The notes beneath the pieces were generated by a model. That model did no database searches. It saw only the letters and a list, made by a program, of their open reading frames with translations, and was not told where the DNA came from. This document shows, piece after piece, positions 39,921 through 48,318 of a stretch of DNA of 64,000 nt. Where the stretch lies: assembly GCA_963675295.2 (NCBI GenBank), contig CAXXKJ010000002.1:1152001-1216000 (forward strand). Direction: 5' to 3'. The translations under genes and the position numbers were made by a program. The stretch's first letter is position 1; each line of letters begins with the position of its first letter. This DNA is from a bacterium (lineage in GTDB: Bacteria > Electryoneota > Electryoneia > Electryoneales > Electryoneaceae).

Positions 39921-40532
39921 TCACGCCTTGTAATCCATCCGCACGTATCGGAACAGGCGTTCGGTGACCAGCAGGCTGGCGGTGGCGACATCAAGCGAGT
40001 AGATGATCAGTTTGTGGAAACGCGCGTTGTCGTCCCGCATGTGATCCTCGAGCACCGCTTCCCGGCGGAATCCGATGTCCTTGACCAGTTTGCAGCCTTC
40101 CTTGTGCATGTCGGTGAGCTCGGCGTAGACCTTGAGGATGCCGTGTTGTTCGGCGAGGTTGAGCACTTCCTCGAGCAGTACCGTGGCGATGCCGGCGCGG
40201 CGGAAATCCGGGTGCGTGACCTGGGTCAGCCTGGCGGTGTGTTGCACCCAGCGGCTGCTGCCGGGATACATCGCCAGTGAGCCGAGGATACGTTGGTTGC
40301 CGTGCCACGCGACCAGCCGGTAAACCGACTCGTCCGCAACCTGTTCCCGCACCTTGTCGGCATAATCCGGGTCGTTCACATCGCATGGCAGCAACGCCTG
40401 TTGATCGGACGGGAGCGCGCGCAGCATGGTAACCAGATCGTCCACGTGAGCGAGCTCCAGCGGTTTGATCAGCACAGACAGGTGGTTTCTGCAACGGACA
40501 ACCTTGGGGTACTCAGCGAGAAACGTTTCCAT
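39921..40532 (-). CDS. GNAT family N-acetyltransferase
   Basis: Acetyl-CoA motif THPDFRRAGIAT; GFRREAVLEDH. Confidence 0.88.
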   Translation of the reverse strand: METFLAEYPKVVRCRNHLSVLIKPLELAHVDDLVTMLRALPSDQQALLPCDVNDPDYADKVREQVADESVYRLVAWHGNQRILGSLAMYPGSSRWVQHTARLTQVTHPDFRRAGIATVLLEEVLNLAEQHGILKVYAELTDMHKEGCKLVKDIGFRREAVLEDHMRDDNARFHKLIIYSLDVATASLLVTERLFRYVRMDYKA

Positions 40533-40860
40533 GGGGCACCTCCAGCGAATCGTGGACGATTCGGGCAGGCCGTGTAGAGCTGTACCGTGGAGGGAATGCA
40601 AGCGGGTGGGCGTCGGCGAGCGCGGGAGCTGGCGCGTCGGCAGTCGGCGGGCTCGTCGCGCACGACCCGCCGCACGCGACTGACCTGTCCTCGTACCTAA
40701 AGTACTGGATCTACCTCGGGTTGGCAATGAGAAAGTTGAGATTTTGGGAATTCGTCGCTTGATGTGGCAGCACGACTGCGGGCTGGTGCTTGTGCCGGCG
40801 GGGTTGATCTGGATGCTTGCCGGGTGTTGATCGGGAGGCGTGGGCGAGTTATGTTACTGC

Positions 40861-40888
40861 TAGACTAATAGTCTAGACCAATAGTCTA
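40861..40888. promoter_or_regulatory. Tandem palindromic TetR operator
   Basis: Overlapping TAGACTAATAGTCTA and TAGACCAATAGTCTA, about 30 bp upstream of the TetR start. Confidence 0.7.
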
Positions 40889-40919
40889 CAACTTCTCCGC
40901 ACGACGCTGAGGCCGCACC

Positions 40920-41612
40920 ATGCCCACCACCGTCAGCCCATCCGGCAACCGTGACCGGTTGCTCGCTTCTGCCTGGACATTGTTCAGCGAACACGGCTAC
41001 GACCGGACCTCGGTGGACACCATCCTCGCCCACGCCGGCCTGTCAAAAGGCACCTTTTACCACTATTTCGCGGCCAAGGACGACCTGCTGGAGGCGGTTA
41101 CGCGGCAGGTTGTCGAACGGGAAATCGAGGAACTGCGCGATCAGCTGCGTCCGTCCGGATTGACAGCGGTGCAGCGCTTGAACATCGTCTTCACCCGCTC
41201 ACGGCTCTGGCGTTTGTCACGGGTCGGGTCGACGCGTCGTCGGTTGGCAGCCTTGTACCGGTTGGAAAACGCGAAGCTGTTGCGTCGCTGGTCGGATCAG
41301 CAACGCGACCTGCTCGCGCCGTTGATCGCAGAGGTGTTGGACCGAGGCAATGAGGCGGGCTCGATGGCGGTGGCGGACACGGCTGAGACTGCGCCGTTGC
41401 TGGTCGCGATGTTGCAGGCGATGCGTGCGATCCAGGCGGAGGTGCTTCTGTCGATGACCGATTCCGATGTCGCAGCGGAGTTGATCGGACGGCGGATCGA
41501 GCTGTACCTGTCTGCGGTCGAACGGGTGATCGGGATGGCGGAGGGCCGGTTCACCCGTCCCGATCCCGCCTATCTCCGGATCTATACCAAGGCGTGGCAG
41601 GAGCTTGATTGA
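40920..41612 (+). CDS. TetR/AcrR family transcriptional regulator
   Basis: LFSEHGYDRTSVDTILAHAGLSKGTFYHYF..KDDL. Confidence 0.93.
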   Translation: MPTTVSPSGNRDRLLASAWTLFSEHGYDRTSVDTILAHAGLSKGTFYHYFAAKDDLLEAVTRQVVEREIEELRDQLRPSGLTAVQRLNIVFTRSRLWRLSRVGSTRRRLAALYRLENAKLLRRWSDQQRDLLAPLIAEVLDRGNEAGSMAVADTAETAPLLVAMLQAMRAIQAEVLLSMTDSDVAAELIGRRIELYLSAVERVIGMAEGRFTRPDPAYLRIYTKAWQELD

Positions 41613-41646
41613 TCGCGATGGGCGAGGCCAGCAAGCAGCACGGCTT

Positions 41647-41973
41647 TCACTTCACAGCGTTGAGCAGGCTTGTCAACGACGCGCGGTAGGTTTCAAACGC
41701 TTCCCGTCCTCTACGTGTCAGCCGCAGGCTCGTGCGTGGTTTGCGATCCACGAACTCCTTGACCACATCGATGTAGCCGGCGTCTTCTAGCTTCGTCAGG
41801 TGGGTGGAGAGGTTACCGTCGGTGAGCTGCGTCGTGCGCTTGAGGAACACAAAATCCGCCTCGTCGACGACGTACAGGTTCGCCACGATCAGCAACCGTG
41901 CCGGCTGATGAATGACAGGATCGATCTCGGTTGGCTCAACGGGGGGAGAGGGTATCTGCTTCTCCCTGGTCAT
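41647..41973 (-). CDS. Winged-helix transcriptional regulator (HTH_34/ArsR-like)
   Basis: DPVIHQPARL, LTDGNLSTHLTKLEDAGYI, KPRT...LT..GR.AF. Confidence 0.9.
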   Translation of the reverse strand: MTREKQIPSPPVEPTEIDPVIHQPARLLIVANLYVVDEADFVFLKRTTQLTDGNLSTHLTKLEDAGYIDVVKEFVDRKPRTSLRLTRRGREAFETYRASLTSLLNAVK

Positions 41974-42557
41974 GGTTCGATCTCGATCGGTGTGGTATCG
42001 CGCAGGGCCTTGACCAGCCGCACGGTACCGGCCACGGTCATCACGCCGCCGAGGGTGATCATCGGCACCGCCAGATGCCAGCGCAGAAAGTTGCCGGCGG
42101 TGAACGCGACCGCGGCGAGGACGGCATAGATCACGAACCAGCGGTCCCATCGCAGCCACGCGACAACCATCATCACGACCAGAAACACGCCGCCGAACAC
42201 CAGCAGGAAGTTACGGTGCAGGGTTCCGTGCAGCGTGGAGGTGTCGATCAGCAGCATCGCGGCGAGTGCGGCAAACGCGAGCATCAGCAGCAGGAGTTTG
42301 CCGCCGAGATCGAGCCGCAGGCGTCTTGGTTTCGACAGCTTGACACGTCCGAGGCGGGATTCAATCAGCCGCCGTTGGAAGAGACGGACGAAGGTGACCA
42401 CCAGCATCGGACCGATCGCCGCGAACACGGTTGAGTCAAACGCAACAGCGATCCCGAACACGAGGATGCCGATCCCGATGATCTGGTCGGCAGCGCCGGT
42501 TCCTGTGCTTGCACGGAACACGCGTTGTTCGATGTCGGTCATGTCCAGGTGTTCCAC
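41970..42557 (-). CDS. Multi-pass membrane hypothetical protein
   Basis: About six hydrophobic segments; ATGA coupling to the regulator. Confidence 0.75.
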   Translation of the reverse strand: MEHLDMTDIEQRVFRASTGTGAADQIIGIGILVFGIAVAFDSTVFAAIGPMLVVTFVRLFQRRLIESRLGRVKLSKPRRLRLDLGGKLLLLMLAFAALAAMLLIDTSTLHGTLHRNFLLVFGGVFLVVMMVVAWLRWDRWFVIYAVLAAVAFTAGNFLRWHLAVPMITLGGVMTVAGTVRLVKALRDTTPIEIEP

Positions 42558-42593
42558 GGCGAATCCTCTGCGAAGTTCTTTAGGTCATGAATA

Positions 42594-42610
42594 ACTTTGT
42601 AATACAAAGT
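42594..42610. promoter_or_regulatory. Probable operator for the winged-helix regulator
   Basis: ACTTTGT-aat-ACAAAGT palindrome upstream of the two-gene operon. Confidence 0.65.
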
Positions 42611-42803
42611 ACAGAGAAAATTTGATGAAGTCAAGTGGGATACTATGGCCCTAGTCAACAAATGACATTACATTCGAATTTAGCATCTCCGGGGTAAATC
42701 TTCACAGCGCTCTCGAAAAAGTGAATTGTCTATTCTATACAAATCAGAGCTATTATTGCCAAATCTGAAAAAAATGTTGTCTTAACATAGAGAGCAAAAG
42801 ATC

Positions 42804-43964
42804 ATGCCATCTCTCAAAAACCATCACTTTGTACCTCAATTCTATCTTAGAAATTTTTCTAGGGACAGAAAATCAATAGATTTGTATAATATAAATAGCA
42901 ATAGAATAATTGAAGGCGCAAGCATAAGAGATCAATGCTCAAAAGACTATTTCTATGGAAAAGACAACACTCTCGAAAACTATTTTGGTAATATAGAAAG
43001 CAAATTCGCAAATATTATTAAAACTATAATTAATAATAAGACATTTAAGATTTTAAATACTATAGATAAAATCAATATTTGTTCATATATAGTAATACAA
43101 AATTCTAGAACAATTTATTCAATTAATCAGACCAATGATATGGCAGATAAACTACTAAAAACAATATTAAAAACAAAATTGAAGTATGAAAAAGATTATA
43201 AGGGATTAAAACATTTAGATAAAGTTAAAATACATCCTGTTAACTCAATATTTCTTTCTATAGAAAATTCTATTGATAAATATTGGACAATATATGATTT
43301 AAAAATGGCATTATTATATAATAACACTAATAACGCTTTTATTACTAGTGATCATCCAGTGGCATTATATAATAAATTCTATGAAAATATTAAAGATATA
43401 GGAGTCACGGGATTGCAATCTAGTGGATTAATAATCGTCCTTCCATTAAACAGTAATTATGTATTGTTCATGTACGATAGAAAATCATATTCAGTTGGTC
43501 ATAATGAGCTAATAAATATTAGTAATAAAGAAGATGTTGATAATATTAATAAATTACAAATTGCAAGAGCGTACCAAAACCTTTATTTCAATAGCTCAAA
43601 TGTTAATAAAGAGCGAGTATATGAGTGTTATCATAAATATAAAAAGTATAGAAAAGCAGAATTGACAAAAATAACGGAGCATGGGAGAGAAGATTTTAGT
43701 AAAGGCGGAAAAACACTAGTAGTATCACAGCCGGCTAACTATAACGTGCAGTTAGATTTGAAATTTCTTAAAATGCTAAGAAAAGCAGTTAAAAAACGAA
43801 CAAGAAGGTTTTATCAAACAGAGATTAGTATGTATGAGTTTTTAAGAAATCCCAAGCTTGCATCGTTATACGAAAAATATAGAAAAACAAAAAAAGACAC
43901 TGATTTAGATATAGAATTTCATGAATATATGCACGAAATATTGAAAAATTACTCAAATAGCTAA
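42804..43964 (+). CDS. DUF4238 domain protein in an AT-rich horizontally acquired segment
   Basis: N-terminal HHFVPQFYLRNF, LENYFGNIES, FITSDHPV, LPLN; base composition far more AT-rich than the flanks. Confidence 0.85.
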   Translation: MPSLKNHHFVPQFYLRNFSRDRKSIDLYNINSNRIIEGASIRDQCSKDYFYGKDNTLENYFGNIESKFANIIKTIINNKTFKILNTIDKINICSYIVIQNSRTIYSINQTNDMADKLLKTILKTKLKYEKDYKGLKHLDKVKIHPVNSIFLSIENSIDKYWTIYDLKMALLYNNTNNAFITSDHPVALYNKFYENIKDIGVTGLQSSGLIIVLPLNSNYVLFMYDRKSYSVGHNELINISNKEDVDNINKLQIARAYQNLYFNSSNVNKERVYECYHKYKKYRKAELTKITEHGREDFSKGGKTLVVSQPANYNVQLDLKFLKMLRKAVKKRTRRFYQTEISMYEFLRNPKLASLYEKYRKTKKDTDLDIEFHEYMHEILKNYSNS

Positions 43965-43988
43965 TAAACGCTTATGTTGCGATAGAGA

Positions 43989-44993
43989 TTAGAAACCCGC
44001 CTGCCGTGCGATTTCCTCGGCGAGTTCGAGCGCGACGGTCGCGTCGAGACCTCCGACGAGCGGCGGGGTATCGGTCGCGACGGCGGTGACGAAGGCATCC
44101 ACCTCACGCTGCAACGCGTCCTCGTTTTTCTTCGCCCGGGTGCGTTTGATCAGGACGCGGAGGTCGTGATCATCCGCGCCGGGGATCGGCAGCGCTTTCG
44201 GGGTGCCGGGTGGGACACGTTTGTAGATTTCCGCCCGCCGTTTTTCGAAGTCCACCGAGATGTAGGCGTCCTCCTGGAACATGCGGAACTTGCGCATTTT
44301 CTTCATCGAGATGCGGCTGGCGGTGAGGTTCGCGACCTTGTTGCCCTTGAACCGGATGTGCGCGTTGCAGATGTCGACAGCTTTCGTCAGCAGCGGCACG
44401 CCGTACGCGTCCACCCGTTCGATTTCGTGTCCCATCCAGTGCAGCAGCACGTCGAGGTCGTGAATCATCAGGTCGTGGATGACGCTGACATCGGCGCCAC
44501 GCGGGGAATACATCGCGAGGCGGTGCGCTTCGACAAAGCTGGGGTGGACGTCGATACCGCGCAGGGCGGTGACACCCGGGTTGAACCGTTCGATGTGCCC
44601 CACCTGCAGGATCAGGCCCTTCTTGTTCGCGAGGTCAACCAGTTCACGCGCATCGGCGGAGGTGGAGGCGATCGGCTTTTCCATCAGCAGGTGCCGTCCC
44701 GCCTCAAGTACCTGCATCCCGACCTGGTGGTGCAACGTGGTCGGCACCGCGCAATCGACCGCTTCGACGTCCGCGATCAGTTTGTCGAGATCGGTGTAGG
44801 AGACGCAGCCGGTTTCCTTCGCGACCGCTGCCGCGCAGGCTTCGTCGGCATCGTACACCCCGACCAGGTTTGCAGCTGGGCAGGCGGCGTGTTTTTGGGC
44901 GTGGAAGCGGCCGAGACGTCCGACACCGACGACGGCGGTGTTGACAACGCGTCCGGGATGAATGATCGATTTGCGGGCCATGGTCTGACTCAC
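43989..44993 (-). CDS. Gfo/Idh/MocA oxidoreductase (GnnA-like UDP-GlcNAc 3-dehydrogenase)
   Basis: GVGRLGRFHA, EKPI, QVGHIERFNP, DVSVIHDLMIHDLD, ANLTASRIS. Confidence 0.85.
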   Translation of the reverse strand: MSQTMARKSIIHPGRVVNTAVVGVGRLGRFHAQKHAACPAANLVGVYDADEACAAAVAKETGCVSYTDLDKLIADVEAVDCAVPTTLHHQVGMQVLEAGRHLLMEKPIASTSADARELVDLANKKGLILQVGHIERFNPGVTALRGIDVHPSFVEAHRLAMYSPRGADVSVIHDLMIHDLDVLLHWMGHEIERVDAYGVPLLTKAVDICNAHIRFKGNKVANLTASRISMKKMRKFRMFQEDAYISVDFEKRRAEIYKRVPPGTPKALPIPGADDHDLRVLIKRTRAKKNEDALQREVDAFVTAVATDTPPLVGGLDATVALELAEEIARQAGF

Positions 44994-45211
44994 GGTTTTA
45001 CGAATGGGTTTCGTGTATGATACGATCCGGGTGGCCCGGTTTGCTCGTCAAACCGGGTGTCAAGGTTTCCTTGGATGACAGGCAAGGTACGGGTCGGCGT
45101 GCAGGTACGACAGAGCCCCGAGCTCGTGCGGCGGGGTTGTCGTGACGGGGTGCGGCGTCTACTTTGGGCAATCAGACGTGCCCGTTCAAATAACTTGCAG
45201 ACGCGGATGAT

Positions 45212-45283
45212 CCACGACATGAATGTCGTGGGCATGCGATTGTGTCCGAGTCGATTGATCCCAGACATGAATGTCTGGGGCAT
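45212..45283. repeat. Two tandem REP-like palindromes
   Basis: CCACGACATGAATGTCGTGG and CCCAGACATGAATGTCTGGG, each followed by GCATG. Confidence 0.85.
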
Positions 45284-45321
45284 GACGTACTAACGATTTC
45301 AAAGACAAGACCATCAAGAGC

Positions 45322-46464
45322 ATGGCCGACACGAACCCCACACCGATCTTCGACGCGAAAGTGGCGTATGTCTATTCGGACATGCCGTCGTATTCGCGGG
45401 CGAAGAAAACGCTTGAGCTGTTCCGTGACCTGTTCCGCGAGGTGCATTTCATCGGAACACGGCGGCACGTGGCGTGGGACGAGTACGAGCCGGACGGTAT
45501 CACCTGCCATTTCAACCCGCGTGTGCTTGGGTCGGGGCTGGGCACCATTCCCGATGTCGCACGCTTCTACGGCTTCATCCGCAGCAAATTGACCGAAATT
45601 AAGCCGGACGTCGTGGTCGCGGTCAACGAAGAGTACATCCTCCCGTTCACCCTCGGCTTGATGAAGAAACCGCCGCACCTGGTGCTGGACCTGTATGATA
45701 GCATCGGCATGCGGATCGCGGGCAGGGGACGGAAGTTGCGTCCGCTCTTCCGTGCGGTTTCGATGGCGACGATGTTGACTCCAGACGCGCTGGTTGAGGT
45801 CACCGAACAACGGTTGAACTGGCATCCGTACAAGCCGAACGTGACCTCGGTGGTGTTCAATTCGCCGCCACGGTATCCCGACATCAGCCCATTGCCCGGT
45901 CTGCCGGAGAAATTCCTCTATGTCGCCGGCACGATCGAGGACGAGATACACGGTATCGAGCCGTTGTACGCCGCGCTGGAACAGGTGCCGGAGATGCAGG
46001 TGCTGGTAACCGGACTGCCGAAAGGCAGGTTTGTCGAATCGACGTTCCTCAAGCATCCGCGCGTGACGTATCTCGGCCGCCGTCCGTACGAAGAGGTGCC
46101 ACGCATCGCCGCCGCCAGTTCCGGGGTCTACATGCACTACAACCCGGTGCGGTTGAATTATGTCTATGGCGCGCCGAACAAACTGTACGAAGCGATGCAG
46201 GTCGGAGTACCGGTGCTGATCAACCGGGAAGACAAGATCTCGGCGGATGTGCTGGCGACGGGATTCGGGTATGTGTCACCGTTCGGCGACGCGAACGCGC
46301 TCGCGGGCGATTTGCGGATGCTGCTGGACCCGTCGGACGAACTGCGCGCCGGCTGCAAACGTGCGCAGGAAATCTTCGACCATGAGTACGAGTGGAACGT
46401 GATGGCGCGGGAACGTTACACCGCGCTGTTCCGTCAATTGGGGGTCAACGAAACACGGGCCTGA
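45322..46464 (+). CDS. Glycosyltransferase (GT4/GT-B fold)
   Basis: C-terminal PNKLYEAMQVGVPVL motif, YEW near the end. Confidence 0.85.
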   Translation: MADTNPTPIFDAKVAYVYSDMPSYSRAKKTLELFRDLFREVHFIGTRRHVAWDEYEPDGITCHFNPRVLGSGLGTIPDVARFYGFIRSKLTEIKPDVVVAVNEEYILPFTLGLMKKPPHLVLDLYDSIGMRIAGRGRKLRPLFRAVSMATMLTPDALVEVTEQRLNWHPYKPNVTSVVFNSPPRYPDISPLPGLPEKFLYVAGTIEDEIHGIEPLYAALEQVPEMQVLVTGLPKGRFVESTFLKHPRVTYLGRRPYEEVPRIAAASSGVYMHYNPVRLNYVYGAPNKLYEAMQVGVPVLINREDKISADVLATGFGYVSPFGDANALAGDLRMLLDPSDELRAGCKRAQEIFDHEYEWNVMARERYTALFRQLGVNETRA

Positions 46465-46467
46465 GCA

Positions 46468-48183
46468 ATGCATGAGACGCACCTGTTCACCGACCTGTTG
46501 ATCCTGTTCGCCGTGGGGTTTGGCGCGGCGATGCTGATGCGTTTGCTCCGTCTTCCCACCCTGATTGGTTTTCTCCTCGCCGGTGTCCTGGCCGGACCTT
46601 CCGGGCTGCACCTCCTTGACGAACACACCATCGAGAGCCTGTCCGAACTGGGCGTGGTGCTGCTGCTGTTCACCATCGGGCTCGAACTGTCGCTGAAACA
46701 GCTGTGGGAATTGCGACGGGAAGCGTTGATCGGCGGCGGATTGCAACTGGCGTTGACGGCGGTGGTTGCCGGTGGTGTAGCAACGTTGCTCGGTGTGGAC
46801 ACCCGTCCCGCGATCGCAATCGGGTTGATGGTGGCGCTGTCGAGTACAGCGGTCGCACTGAGACTGCTCGGCGAACAGGGACGGCTCACCTCACCGCAGG
46901 GACGGATCGCGCTGGCGATCCTGCTGCTGCAGGACATGGCGGTGGTGCCGTTAACGTTGATCATTCCGATGCTCGCTGGCGACGGCGGGCCACTCGATGT
47001 GCTGCGGGTGATCGGCGAGGCGGTGCTGTTTGTTGTGGTGTTGGTCGTGGTCGCGCGCAAGGTGATGCCGTGGGTGCTGGATCGAATCGCGGCGGTACGG
47101 TCGCGCGAGGGCTACCTGCTCGGTGTCGGCGGGATTGTTTTTCTGATCACGTGGCTGACCGGCGCGGCGGGTTTGTCGCCGGCATTGGGGGCGTTCCTTG
47201 CCGGGCTGGTGATCAGCGAAACCGAACACAAACATCTCGCGCTGGCGGAATCCGCACCGTTCCGGGATCTACTGCTGGCGGTGTTCTTCGTCTCGGTCGG
47301 GATGCTGATCAACTTGTACGCGTTGCTCTCGAATCCATGGACGCCATTGCTGATCGGATTGGCCGTATACGTTGGCAAGACCGGTCTGATCGCGGCGATT
47401 GTGCGTGCATTGGGCTATCCATGGCGGATCGGAATCCAGAGCGGGGCGTCAATCGGCCAGATCGGGGAATTCTCGTTCGTGCTGCTGCTGCTGGCGGCAG
47501 AACTGGGCGTTCTCGACACAACGATGGTGCAGCTGATGCTGGCGACGGCCGCGATGACGTTGTTCCTGACACCGTTCGCGGTGAATCTGGCAAACCGTGA
47601 GAAGTTGGCTCCGGAGCAGGCGGCGGATACGCACACTCAGTACGCCGACCCCGTTGTACCACTCGTGCCACGCGTGTTGATCATCGGCTACGGTCCTTCG
47701 GGTCGAGCCACCGCGCGGACACTATCTGCGTTGGGCTTTGAGTGGCACGCGCTGGAGTTGAATCCAGCAACGGTCCGTAACGAGCAGAAAGCCGGAAATC
47801 CGGTGGAGCTGGGGGATGCGTCCCGTCCGGAAGTGCTGGAGGGGGCGGGAGTTCACGATGTCGCTGCGGTGGTGATTACGATCAACGATCGCCGGGCGGT
47901 GCGTCCGATTCTGATGCGGATTCGTCACCTCGCGCCACAGGTGCACGTGATTGTCCGCGCACGGTTCGCGTCGGAGCTGGAGGAGCTGCTCAAGCTGGGC
48001 GCGAACGAGGTTGTGCCGGAAGAAACCGAGGGCGCGCTGACGATTGTGAACAAGGTGATGACGTTCTTCGGGGTCGAGGAACAGGAACGCCGCCGTCGCC
48101 TGAAAGACCTCCGCGCGGAGAATTATTGCATGCGAACCAGCGTGGTTCCGGATGTTCAGGTTCCACGTGCTCCCGAGAAGTAA
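46468..48183 (+). CDS. CPA2 family cation:proton antiporter with TrkA-N domain (KefB/C-like)
   Basis: LLFTIGLE, ALSSTAV, LLLQD, LGAFLAG, QIGEFSFV; C-terminal IIGYG..G. Confidence 0.93.
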   Translation: MHETHLFTDLLILFAVGFGAAMLMRLLRLPTLIGFLLAGVLAGPSGLHLLDEHTIESLSELGVVLLLFTIGLELSLKQLWELRREALIGGGLQLALTAVVAGGVATLLGVDTRPAIAIGLMVALSSTAVALRLLGEQGRLTSPQGRIALAILLLQDMAVVPLTLIIPMLAGDGGPLDVLRVIGEAVLFVVVLVVVARKVMPWVLDRIAAVRSREGYLLGVGGIVFLITWLTGAAGLSPALGAFLAGLVISETEHKHLALAESAPFRDLLLAVFFVSVGMLINLYALLSNPWTPLLIGLAVYVGKTGLIAAIVRALGYPWRIGIQSGASIGQIGEFSFVLLLLAAELGVLDTTMVQLMLATAAMTLFLTPFAVNLANREKLAPEQAADTHTQYADPVVPLVPRVLIIGYGPSGRATARTLSALGFEWHALELNPATVRNEQKAGNPVELGDASRPEVLEGAGVHDVAAVVITINDRRAVRPILMRIRHLAPQVHVIVRARFASELEELLKLGANEVVPEETEGALTIVNKVMTFFGVEEQERRRRLKDLRAENYCMRTSVVPDVQVPRAPEK

Positions 48184-48318
48184 AGAAACTGGCGCTTTTA
48201 CGCTGGACTGCTTGAACGAAGCGGCACAAGTCCGTAGTTTTACAGTATCCGCCTGCCATGAAGGCGGATGTATGTCAGCTTGTATCTGATTATCACGTAT
48301 GCAAGGGGGATTTGAATC

